Below are positions 19,512-27,843 of a stretch of DNA of 64,000 nucleotides, piece after piece. Both the position numbers and the translations under genes were made by a program. Position 1 is the first letter of the stretch. Every line of letters begins with the position of its first letter. The notes beneath the pieces are model-generated. The model was given only the letters and a program-made list of their open reading frames with translations. It was not told the origin of the DNA and ran no database searches. The stretch comes from Thermodesulfobacteriota bacterium (GTDB lineage Bacteria > Desulfobacterota > Desulfobacteria > Desulfobacterales > SURF-7), in assembly GCA_049320885.1 (NCBI GenBank), contig JBMORA010000035.1, positions 39,054-103,053 on the forward strand, given 5' to 3'.

Positions 19512-20966
19512 TTGAGGTCTTTTTTGAAGGATTTTTTGGATCGCAGCGAGATCATCAATGTACTCACCGGGTTCAATCCCTGGTGGAGTGAGCGTCGCCT
19601 GGCAGTGCCCCCGTTTCGGCGTCTGGCCTTTGACGCCTGCCGGCGCTATCTGGAGGATACCAGCTTGCGCCGGGCCGTGCTCCTGTCCGGGCCGCGGCGG
19701 GTGGGCAAAACCACCGTGCTTCAGCAGATGGCCCAGGCATTGGCCCAAAAAGGAGACACCCCCAGAAGCATCCTCTATCTGAGCCTGGATCATCCCCTGT
19801 TGAAATTGCTGTCCCTCCGGGAGATCCTGGCGCTCTTTCACGAGAGCACCCATCCCGACGGCCAGCCGGCCACCCTGTTGCTCGATGAAGTCCAGTACGC
19901 CCCGCAATGGGAAACCGAGATCAAGCTGCTCATCGATCACAAGCCCCAGTATCGCATCCTGGCTACCGGCTCCGCTTCGGTGGTCCACCAGGACCGCCTG
20001 GCGGAAAGCGGCGTGGGGCGCTGGATCACCGTTCCCATTCCCACCCTTTCCTTCTTTGAATTTGTCAGCATGCGCAACCAGCTGCCCGAGGGCCTTGCTC
20101 CGGATCTGCGGGTCAGCGCCATCTTCTCCTTTTCGTCCGGCGACCTGGCCGCCCTGGCAGCCCGAATGCGGCCCCTGCAGCCGCTTTTTCAACGCTATCT
20201 TCTGGTGGGAGGTTTCCCGGAAACCGCCAACCAGGAAAACATCGACCTGTGCCAGCGGCTGTTGCGGGAAGATGTGGTGGAACGGGTGCTGAAGCGGGAC
20301 ATGACGGCCCTCTTCGGGGTCCGAAATATCAACGATCTCGAAAAGCTCTTCATCTATCTGTGCCTGCATTCCGGCGGTATCCTGGCCCACCAGGCCTGCG
20401 CCCGGGATTTGGGCACCACCACCACCACGGTGGCCAACCACCTGACCCTGCTGGAACAGGCCAATCTCATCTATCGCCTGCCGCCTTCCGGGCTGAGTGG
20501 CAAACGCATGCTCAAGGCCCGCAACAAATACTATCTGGTGGATGCGGCCCTGCGCAATGCCGTGCTCCTCAAAGGGGAAGAGATCTTCACCAGCCCCGAG
20601 GAGATGGGTACCATCGTTGCGACCACCGTGCTGCGCCACCTGTTTGTCTACTATTACCGGGACACGCCGGAGATCGTCTACTGGCGGGATGCCATAACCC
20701 AGAAGGAGGTGGACATCATCGTGCGCAGCCCGGCATATGTGTTGCCGTTTGAAGTCAAATACAGCGCCAAACCGCAATTGGATGCAAAGAGCGGGCTGGG
20801 CATCTACTGCGCATCGGAAAACCCGAAGCAGGGGTATCTGGTGACCCAGCGGGATGCGGATTTTGCGGTTACCCGGTTGAAGGGTGTGGATACGACCTTT
20901 TTGAAGATTCCGGCGTATATTCTCTGTTATTTGTTGGGGCAGTCGGAGCGGTTGTTGTGGGGCTAA
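19512..20966 (+). CDS. AAA+ ATPase of the AAA_14/DUF4143 type
   Basis: 484 aa. Walker A LLSGPRRVGKTTVLQQM, Walker B-like TLLLDEVQY. The C-terminal part is typical of DUF4143 proteins (EVDIIV...PFEVKYS). The start codon is uncertain (TTG at 19512). Confidence 0.8.
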   Translation: MRSFLKDFLDRSEIINVLTGFNPWWSERRLAVPPFRRLAFDACRRYLEDTSLRRAVLLSGPRRVGKTTVLQQMAQALAQKGDTPRSILYLSLDHPLLKLLSLREILALFHESTHPDGQPATLLLDEVQYAPQWETEIKLLIDHKPQYRILATGSASVVHQDRLAESGVGRWITVPIPTLSFFEFVSMRNQLPEGLAPDLRVSAIFSFSSGDLAALAARMRPLQPLFQRYLLVGGFPETANQENIDLCQRLLREDVVERVLKRDMTALFGVRNINDLEKLFIYLCLHSGGILAHQACARDLGTTTTTVANHLTLLEQANLIYRLPPSGLSGKRMLKARNKYYLVDAALRNAVLLKGEEIFTSPEEMGTIVATTVLRHLFVYYYRDTPEIVYWRDAITQKEVDIIVRSPAYVLPFEVKYSAKPQLDAKSGLGIYCASENPKQGYLVTQRDADFAVTRLKGVDTTFLKIPAYILCYLLGQSERLLWG

Positions 20967-21017
20967 ATAGAATCAATCCAATCCCGCCCGAACCTGGCGG
21001 ATTCCATTGGCTGTATT

Positions 21018-21165
21018 GCTGGTTCAAGGTTGAAAAGTTCAAGGTTCAAGGTTGCCAGGTTCAATGTATAAGGTTGGTTGTTACGGGGCTTTCAAACTTT
21101 GAACCTTGAACATTTGAACTTTGAACAGTCTTTACCTTTGAACCAGTTAACTTTGAACTTACTAT
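21018..21165. repeat. ~150-nt imperfect hairpin built from GTTCAAGGTT / AACCTTGAAC units
   Basis: Left arm CTGGTTCAAGGTTGAAAAGTTCAAGGTTCAAGGTTGCCAGGTTCAA. Right arm TTCAAACTTTGAACCTTGAACATTTGAACTTTGAACAGTCTTTACCTTTGAACCAGTT. There is no ORF between the arms. It ends 17 nt before the HNH gene. Confidence 0.75.
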
Positions 21166-21181
21166 CGTTGCAGTTTAAAAC

Positions 21182-22135
21182 ATGATCGAAGCCTATATTG
21201 AAAAATTCAAAAAGCTGCGGACTGACAGGAATCGAAAAATCTGGACGGAGCGCACTTCTTACCGCGCGCCCCACAAACCTTTCCTGCTGCTCTCGATCAT
21301 GGATCTCATCAACCAGGGAGACATCACCGCCAATTTCATTGAACCGACCTTCGACCTGGTGGAGATGTTCAATACCTACTGGTCGGCCGTCATGCCGCCC
21401 GCAGCCTCCACCAGTATGGCCTATCCGTTTTATCATATGCGCAGCGAAGGCTTCTGGAAGCTCGTACCGGACATCGACACCCCGGTTTATTCCGTCAGTA
21501 AATTGCGTGAGCACTACCAGGGTGCCATCATCGACGAGACCCTGTTCCTACTCTTACAGCAGTCCGCCAGCCAGCACCAGCTGCGCACAGCCCTGATCAC
21601 CACCTATTTCGCCCCGGACCTGCAGCCATTAGTCTTCGAACAGGGCGTAGTAAGCTACCAGGCCCATGCCTATGGCCAGGAACTGCTGCGGATTGCCGAG
21701 TCGGCAGCCGGTTTTGAAAAGACTGTGCCGCCGGCCCTCCAGGAACCGAAAGTCCGCGACCAGGCCTTCCGCAAGGTGATCGTATCCCTGTACAACCACC
21801 GCTGTGCCCTCTGCGGCATCCGCATGCTCACCCCCGAAGGCCATACCGTGGTGGAAGCCGCCCACATCGTCCCTTGGCATAAAAGCCAGGATGATCGGCC
21901 CAGCAATGGGCTTTCTCTCTGCCGCCTCTGCCACTGGTCTTTTGACGAGGGCCTCATGAGCGTTGGTAAAGAGTACGAAGTCCTGGTTTCCAAACGCGTC
22001 ACTCTGGAAAACAATTTTCCAGGGCATATGTTGACTCTTTCGGACCGACGGATCTTCCGTCCCGATGATCAAAAATATTGGCCGGATCAGGAGAATTTAA
22101 ATTGGCATCGTCAGAAATTTTATGAAAGGTTGTAA
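21182..22135 (+). CDS. HNH endonuclease with a ~200-aa N-terminal domain of unknown function
   Basis: HNH core [53 protein letters not shown]. The N-terminus contains [20 protein letters not shown]. It sits directly upstream of hsdR. Confidence 0.8.
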   Translation: MIEAYIEKFKKLRTDRNRKIWTERTSYRAPHKPFLLLSIMDLINQGDITANFIEPTFDLVEMFNTYWSAVMPPAASTSMAYPFYHMRSEGFWKLVPDIDTPVYSVSKLREHYQGAIIDETLFLLLQQSASQHQLRTALITTYFAPDLQPLVFEQGVVSYQAHAYGQELLRIAESAAGFEKTVPPALQEPKVRDQAFRKVIVSLYNHRCALCGIRMLTPEGHTVVEAAHIVPWHKSQDDRPSNGLSLCRLCHWSFDEGLMSVGKEYEVLVSKRVTLENNFPGHMLTLSDRRIFRPDDQKYWPDQENLNWHRQKFYERL

Positions 22136-22190
22136 AAATCCGGATCAGACGCTATCAATTCACGAGTGTCCAAGAGGGTTTGTGGCCCAT

Positions 22191-24575
22191 ATGGATAAAA
22201 AAAAGCTGAGTGAACGCGACATCTGCACCAAATTCATCACCCCGGCTCTGGAACGCGCGGGTTGGGATATCAGCACCCAGGTTCGGGAAGAATTTCCCCT
22301 TACCAACGGGCGTATCATCGTGCGTGGCAAGCTGTATACCCGCGCCAAGCACAAGCGCGCCGATTATGTCCTGTTTTACAAGCCGAATATTCCCATTGCC
22401 ATTATCGAAGCCAAGGACAACAACCACACGGTTGGCGATGGCATGCAACAGGCCCTGGGCTATGCTGACATGCTGCAAGTGCCGTTTGTATTCAGCTCCA
22501 ACGGCGATGGCTTTTTGTTTCACAACAGAATTGCCGCAGATGGCGTTATCGAGCGTGAGCTCTCACTTAACGAATTTCCCTCTGTGGAAACATTATGGCA
22601 ACTATGGGGGCAACATCGCGGGCTGAACGACCAGCAGAATGCGTTGGTCACGCAGGATTATTATAGCGACGTAAGCGGCAAGAACCCGCGCTATTACCAG
22701 TTATTGGCCATTAACAAAACCATTGAGGCAATCGCTCAGGGGAAAAATCGTATTCTTCTGGTGATGGCAACCGGCACCGGCAAAACCTTCACCGCCTTTC
22801 AAATCATCTGGCGTTTATGGAAGTCCAGGGCAAAAAAACGAATCCTGTTTCTTGCCGACCGCAACATTTTGATCGACCAGACCATGACCAATGATTTCAA
22901 ACCATTCGGTTCGGCCATGACCAAGATCCAGAAGCGGCAGACCAATAAGTCCTACGAGATTTACCTTTCCCTCTATCAGGCTGTTACCGGAAATGAGGAA
23001 GAGAAAAACATTTATAAGCAGTTCAGCCCCGATTTTTTCGATCTGATCATTATTGATGAATGCCATCGGGGCAGTGCGGCCGCCGATTCGGCCTGGCGTG
23101 AAATCCTCGAATATTTCACCTCCGCCACCCAGATCGGTCTTACCGCCACCCCCAAGGAGACCAAAGAAGTTTCCAATATCGATTACTTTGGCGACCCCAT
23201 CTATACTTACAGTCTTCGGCAGGGAATCGACGACGGTTTCCTTGCCCCTTATAAGGTCGTGCGCATCGATTTCGACCGGGATTTGACCGGCTGGCGACCC
23301 GACAAGGGCATGATCGACAAGTACGGCAACGAAATCGAGGACCGCATTTACAACCAAAAGGATTTCGACAAGACCCTGGTCCTTGAACAGCGCACCCAGT
23401 TGGTGGCCAAAAAGATCACCGAATTCCTCAGGCAGACCAACCGCTTCGACAAAGCCATCGTCTTTTGCGAAAACATCGACCATGCCGAGCGCATGCGCCA
23501 GGCCCTGGTCAATGAAAACGCCGACCTGGTGGCGCAAAACAGCAAATACGTCATGCGCATCACCGGCGACAACGAGGAAGGCAAAGCCGAGCTCGATAAC
23601 TTCATTTTTCCGGAGAGTAAATACCCGGTTATTGCCACCACTTCCAAGCTGATGACCACCGGCGTGGATGCTCAGACCTGCAAACTCATCGTGCTCGACC
23701 AGCGCATTCAGTCCATGACCGAATTCAAGCAGATCATCGGGCGCGGCACCCGCATCAATGAAGACTACGGCAAGTACTATTTCACCATCATTGACTTTAA
23801 AAAGGCCACCGAGTTGTTTGCCGACCCTGATTTCGACGGTGATCCGGTCCAGATCTACGAACCCAAGGGGGATGAATCACCGGTGCCGCCGGATATTCCC
23901 GGCGAGGCCGAAAGTGGCAGCGGCGTCACCTACCCGGAACCAGGAGGCGAGCAGGATTGGACCGGCGTCGCCGAACCCGGCCCAGAAGAGGAGGGCGACG
24001 GAACTCGCCGTTACGTCGTGGCCAATGTCGAGGTCAAGGTTGCCGCCGAGCGCGTCCAGTATTTCGACGCCAACGGTAAACTGATCACCGAATCCCTCAA
24101 GGACTACACCCGCAAGGCCCTGGCTAGGGAATACGCCTCCCTCGACGATTTCCTCCGCCGCTGGACCAGCACCGAAAAGAAGCAGGCCATCATCGACGAA
24201 CTCTCCGAACAGGGGGTGTTCTTCGATGCCCTTGCCGATGAGATCGGGCGGCAATCCGGCAAAGCATTCGATCCGTTCGATCTGGTCTGCCATGTCGCTT
24301 GGGATATGCCGCCTCTTACCCGCAAGGAACGGGCGGAACAGGTGAAGAAACGTAACTACTTCACCCAATACGGCGAGCAGGCCCGTCGCGTGCTGGAAGC
24401 GCTGCTCGACAAGTACGCCGATGAAGGCGTGGCCCCCATCGAAGAGACGCAGATTCTCACCATTGCCCCTTTTACCAAATTCGGCACCCCGCTGGAAATT
24501 ATCCGCGCCTTTGGGGGGCTGGATCAGTATCAGCAGGCTGTGCATGAGCTGGAGGATGCGCTTTATGCCGGATAA
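22191..24575 (+). CDS. hsdR: Type I restriction enzyme R subunit
   Basis: N-terminus [26 protein letters not shown]. Helicase motifs [14 protein letters not shown] and [11 protein letters not shown]. EcoEI-R-like C-terminal domain ([23 protein letters not shown]). Start moved to ATG 22191. Confidence 0.95.
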   Translation: MDKKKLSERDICTKFITPALERAGWDISTQVREEFPLTNGRIIVRGKLYTRAKHKRADYVLFYKPNIPIAIIEAKDNNHTVGDGMQQALGYADMLQVPFVFSSNGDGFLFHNRIAADGVIERELSLNEFPSVETLWQLWGQHRGLNDQQNALVTQDYYSDVSGKNPRYYQLLAINKTIEAIAQGKNRILLVMATGTGKTFTAFQIIWRLWKSRAKKRILFLADRNILIDQTMTNDFKPFGSAMTKIQKRQTNKSYEIYLSLYQAVTGNEEEKNIYKQFSPDFFDLIIIDECHRGSAAADSAWREILEYFTSATQIGLTATPKETKEVSNIDYFGDPIYTYSLRQGIDDGFLAPYKVVRIDFDRDLTGWRPDKGMIDKYGNEIEDRIYNQKDFDKTLVLEQRTQLVAKKITEFLRQTNRFDKAIVFCENIDHAERMRQALVNENADLVAQNSKYVMRITGDNEEGKAELDNFIFPESKYPVIATTSKLMTTGVDAQTCKLIVLDQRIQSMTEFKQIIGRGTRINEDYGKYYFTIIDFKKATELFADPDFDGDPVQIYEPKGDESPVPPDIPGEAESGSGVTYPEPGGEQDWTGVAEPGPEEEGDGTRRYVVANVEVKVAAERVQYFDANGKLITESLKDYTRKALAREYASLDDFLRRWTSTEKKQAIIDELSEQGVFFDALADEIGRQSGKAFDPFDLVCHVAWDMPPLTRKERAEQVKKRNYFTQYGEQARRVLEALLDKYADEGVAPIEETQILTIAPFTKFGTPLEIIRAFGGLDQYQQAVHELEDALYAG

Positions 24576-25029
24576 ACAAACCTCACACGAAGGCACGAAA
24601 ACACGAAGGGATAAAGAAGGGTTATCCAAGATCGTTGTGGATTGTGCATACCGGATGCATGTTGAGATCGGGCCGGGGTTGCTCGAGTCTGTTTATGAGG
24701 CGGTACTGGAGAAACTGCTATTGGAGAAAGGTCTCAGGGTAAATCGACAAAAGTCCATACCGATTGAGGTGATGGGTCTTTCCATCCATGAAGGATTCAG
24801 GGCTGATCTGATCGTGGAGGATCTTCTGCTGATTGAGCTTAAATCAGTAGAAAAACTCGCCCCGGTTCATTCCAAACAAGTCCTGACCTACCTTCGGCTT
24901 CTCAATCTGCCTCTCGGACTCCTCCTCAACTTCGGCGCAGCCACGTTCAAAGAAGGCTGCAAGCGCATCGTCAACGGCAAACAGGACTTCGTGTCTTCGT
25001 GCCTTCGTGTGAACCAAAAAGGATACTAA
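24565..25029 (+). CDS. GxxExxY-family (PD-(D/E)XK-like) small protein
   Basis: Core [52 protein letters not shown]...[21 protein letters not shown], with G-L-L-E-S-V-Y as the name motif. N-terminal HEGTKTRR and C-terminal FVSSCLRV are translations of the flanking inverted repeat, so the true start is uncertain. Confidence 0.75.
   Translation: MPDKQTSHEGTKTRRDKEGLSKIVVDCAYRMHVEIGPGLLESVYEAVLEKLLLEKGLRVNRQKSIPIEVMGLSIHEGFRADLIVEDLLLIELKSVEKLAPVHSKQVLTYLRLLNLPLGLLLNFGAATFKEGCKRIVNGKQDFVSSCLRVNQKGY
24582..25012. repeat. CACGAAG-type inverted repeat pair enclosing the GxxExxY gene
   Basis: Left arm 24582-24609 is CTCACACGAAGGCACGAAAACACGAAGG. Right arm 24987-25012 is CTTCGTGTCTTCGTGCCTTCGTGTGA. 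The reverse complement of the right arm matches the left arm at all but ~2 positions. Confidence 0.85.
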
Positions 25030-25031
25030 TC

Positions 25032-26498
25032 ATGTCACTGACCAACCTGATCAAAACCATTCAGGACATCATGCGCAAGGATGTCGGCGTCGATGGCGAC
25101 GCTCAGCGCATCAGCCAGATGGTCTGGCTGATTTTCCTGAAGATCTTCGACGACAAGGAGCAGGAGTGGCAGCTCACCGTGCCCGGCTACAAATCGCCGC
25201 TGCCCAGCCGTTTCCGCTGGTCCAGCTGGGCCAAGAACCCCGAGGGGATGACCGGCGAGGAATTGATCGACTTCGTCAACAATGACCTCTTCCCGGCGCT
25301 TAAAAAACTGGCCATCACAGCCGGCGTGTCGACCCATGGCAAGGTGGTCGGTTCGGTGTTCGAGGACGCCTACAACTATATGAAATCAGGTCATCTCCTG
25401 CGCCAGGTGATCAACACCATCGAAGCGGATGTGGACTTCAACAAATCCAGCGACCGGCACCTGTTCAACGACATCTACGAAAAGATTCTTTCTGACCTGC
25501 AATCGGCCGGTAACGCAGGTGAATACTACACCCCCCGCGCCGTCACCCGGTTCATGGTCGACATGCTCGATCCTCGACTCGGGCAAACCATTCTCGACCC
25601 GGCCTGCGGCACCGGCGGCTTTCTGACCTGCGCCATCGAGCACCTGAACAAGCAGGTCAAAACCGCCGAGGACCGCAAGCGCCTGCAGGGGTGTATCCAC
25701 GGCGTGGAGAAGAAACCCCTGCCGCACATGCTGGCCATGACCAACATGATGCTGCACGGCATCGATGTGCCCACCAACGTCCACCACGACAACACCCTGA
25801 GCCGACCGCTGAAGGATTACGGCCCCCGCGACCGGGTTGACCTGATCATCACCAACCCGCCCTTTGGCGGCATGGAAGAGGATGGAATCGAGAATAACTT
25901 CCCGCGCAAGTACCAGACCCGCGAGACCGCCGACCTCTTCATGGCGCTGATCATGCACCGCTTGAAGCACGATACCGGCAAGGCCGCCGTGGTTCTGCCC
26001 GACGGCTTTCTGTTCGGCGAGGGAACCAAAACCAATCTGAAGCGCGAATTGTTGGAGGAATTCAATCTGCACACCATCGTGCGCCTCCCCAAAGGCGTGT
26101 TCAGCCCCTATACCAGTATCGCCACCAACATCCTCTTTTTCGAAAAAGGCGATCCGACCAAGGAGGTCTGGTTCTTCGAGCACCCGTATCCTGAGGGCTA
26201 CAAATCCTACTCCCGCTCCAAGCCCCTGACCATCGCCGAGTTCGATCTCGAAAAAGCCTGGTGGGGCGGAGCCGGGCGCAAGGGCCGCAAGACCACCGAA
26301 CAGGCCTGGAAGGTTTCGGCCAAGGAACTGGCTGAACGCAACTACAACCTGGACTGCAAGAACCCGCACCAGGTGGAGGTCAACCACCGCGATCCGGAAG
26401 AGTTGATGGCCGAATACCGGCAGATCGTCCACCAGCTCGAAGCGGCGCAGGCAGCCTTGAAAGCCGAGTTGACGGCCTGCCTGGGGGGCAAGTCATGA
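25032..26498 (+). CDS. hsdM: Type I restriction-modification N6-adenine DNA methyltransferase subunit
   Basis: MSLTNLIKTIQDIMRKDVGVDGDAQRISQMVWLIFLKIFDD. SAM motif ILDPACGTGGFL. Catalytic motif LIITNPPFGG. Confidence 0.95.
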   Translation: MSLTNLIKTIQDIMRKDVGVDGDAQRISQMVWLIFLKIFDDKEQEWQLTVPGYKSPLPSRFRWSSWAKNPEGMTGEELIDFVNNDLFPALKKLAITAGVSTHGKVVGSVFEDAYNYMKSGHLLRQVINTIEADVDFNKSSDRHLFNDIYEKILSDLQSAGNAGEYYTPRAVTRFMVDMLDPRLGQTILDPACGTGGFLTCAIEHLNKQVKTAEDRKRLQGCIHGVEKKPLPHMLAMTNMMLHGIDVPTNVHHDNTLSRPLKDYGPRDRVDLIITNPPFGGMEEDGIENNFPRKYQTRETADLFMALIMHRLKHDTGKAAVVLPDGFLFGEGTKTNLKRELLEEFNLHTIVRLPKGVFSPYTSIATNILFFEKGDPTKEVWFFEHPYPEGYKSYSRSKPLTIAEFDLEKAWWGGAGRKGRKTTEQAWKVSAKELAERNYNLDCKNPHQVEVNHRDPEELMAEYRQIVHQLEAAQAALKAELTACLGGKS

Positions 26499-27655
26499 GC
26501 GACGTGCAGTTGACAACTCCGGAATACCGCGACTGGCTGAAGGAGATCAAGCAGCGATTGCGGCAGGCGCAGGTGAAGGCGGCGGTGCAGGTGAATACCG
26601 CCTTGCTGACCTTCTACTGGGAGCTGGGCGCGGACATTGTGGAGCGCCAGAAATCGGCTCTATGGGGCAGCGGATTTCTGAAACAGTTGAGCGCCGACCT
26701 GATGGCGGAGTTTCCGGACATGAAGGGGTTTTCGCGGCGGAACCTTGAACAGATTCGCCGCTGGTATCTGTTTTATGCCGAAGGGATTACAAATTGCGCA
26801 ACAAGCTGTGGCACAATTGGGCAGCAAGCTGTTGTCCAATTACCGGAAAAGAGGGGAGAATCAATTGCGAAGCAGCCTGCTGCGCAATTGGCCGACAGTT
26901 CAGTTCCGTCACACCTCGTGGCCAAATTGGTTCAGATTCCCTGGTGGCATAATGTGGTGATTATCTCCAAATGCAAGGATGTGACCGAAGCGATTTACTA
27001 TGTAAACAAGACCATCGATCATAACTGGAGCCGGAATGTCCTGACCCACCAGATTGAGAGCGGTTTGTATGTGCGCGAGGGAAAGGCGGTCACCAATTTT
27101 GCACAGACCTTACCGGCTCCACAGTCGGATTTGGCGCAACAGTTGATGAAAGATCCCTACAATTTTGATTTTTTAACGCTGACCAAAGACTACAACGAAC
27201 GGGAGCTTGAAAAGGCGCTGACTGACCATATCACCAAATTTCTTTTAGAGCTGGGTGCCGGTTTCGCCTATGTGGGACGCCAAAAAGAGTTGCAGGTGGG
27301 TGAGCGGGATTTCTTCCTCGATTTGCTATTTTACCACACCAAACTTCATTGCTATGTCGTCATTGAGCTCAAGACCGGCGAGTTTGAACCGGAGTATGCC
27401 GGTAAACTTAATTTTTATCTGAAGGCGGTGGATGAGCAGCTGCGCGGGGATCGGGATGAGCCGACCATTGGCATTCTGCTCTGCAAAACCCGAGATCGCG
27501 TCGTGGTGGAGTATGCGCTGAGTGACATTAGCAAACCCATGGGCGTTTCGGAATACCAGCTTACCCGCGCCCTGCCGGATAACCTGAAATCGAGCCTGCC
27601 CTCCATTGAGGAACTGGAAGCGGAGTTCGGCAACCCGGAGGGAGATGATGAATAA
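26495..27655 (+). CDS. DUF1016 (YhcG-like) PD-(D/E)XK nuclease-family protein, copy 2, between hsdM and hsdS
   Basis: 386 aa. QAQVKAAVQVNTALLTFYWELGADIVERQ...NWSRNVLTHQIESGLY...YNFDFLTLTKDYNERELEKAL...FAYVGRQKELQVGERDFFLDLLFYHTKLHCYVVIELKTGEF. Its start overlaps the hsdM stop (ATGA). Confidence 0.9.
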   Translation: MSDVQLTTPEYRDWLKEIKQRLRQAQVKAAVQVNTALLTFYWELGADIVERQKSALWGSGFLKQLSADLMAEFPDMKGFSRRNLEQIRRWYLFYAEGITNCATSCGTIGQQAVVQLPEKRGESIAKQPAAQLADSSVPSHLVAKLVQIPWWHNVVIISKCKDVTEAIYYVNKTIDHNWSRNVLTHQIESGLYVREGKAVTNFAQTLPAPQSDLAQQLMKDPYNFDFLTLTKDYNERELEKALTDHITKFLLELGAGFAYVGRQKELQVGERDFFLDLLFYHTKLHCYVVIELKTGEFEPEYAGKLNFYLKAVDEQLRGDRDEPTIGILLCKTRDRVVVEYALSDISKPMGVSEYQLTRALPDNLKSSLPSIEELEAEFGNPEGDDE

Positions 27656-27664
27656 CGGGATGGT

Positions 27665-27843
27665 CTCACACGAAGGCACGAAGACACGAAGTTTTGAAAA
27701 CAGTCGTTATACCCGCGAAGGCGGGTACCCAGATTCGTGGCAACGATTTATCCAACGGCTTGCTGCACTATTTCCAATTATTCAGACCGGGAGGGGGGTA
27801 TGACCAGTTCGTCCTCCTTCGTGCCTTCGTGTCTTCGTGTGAG
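27665..27843. repeat. CACGAAG-type inverted repeat pair without cargo
   Basis: Left arm 27665-27691 is CTCACACGAAGGCACGAAGACACGAAG. Right arm 27817-27843 is CTTCGTGCCTTCGTGTCTTCGTGTGAG. The 125-nt interior holds the hairpin ACCCGC-GAAG-GCGGGT (27711-27726) and GGGAGGGGGGTATG, which is the hsdS SD and start. Confidence 0.85.

Noticed and set aside
19437-20777. 446-aa minus-strand ORF opposite the DUF4143 ATPase, and similar shadows at 22815..23537, 23877..24629, 25386..26432, 38022..38957, 39081..39908, 41909..42628, 43380..44495, 47181..48062, 49246..49872, 50197..50841, 52553..53740, 56271..56981, 60197..61066 and 62705..63391
   Set aside because: Each lies antisense to a confidently identified gene and has G/R/P/D-rich composition with no motifs.
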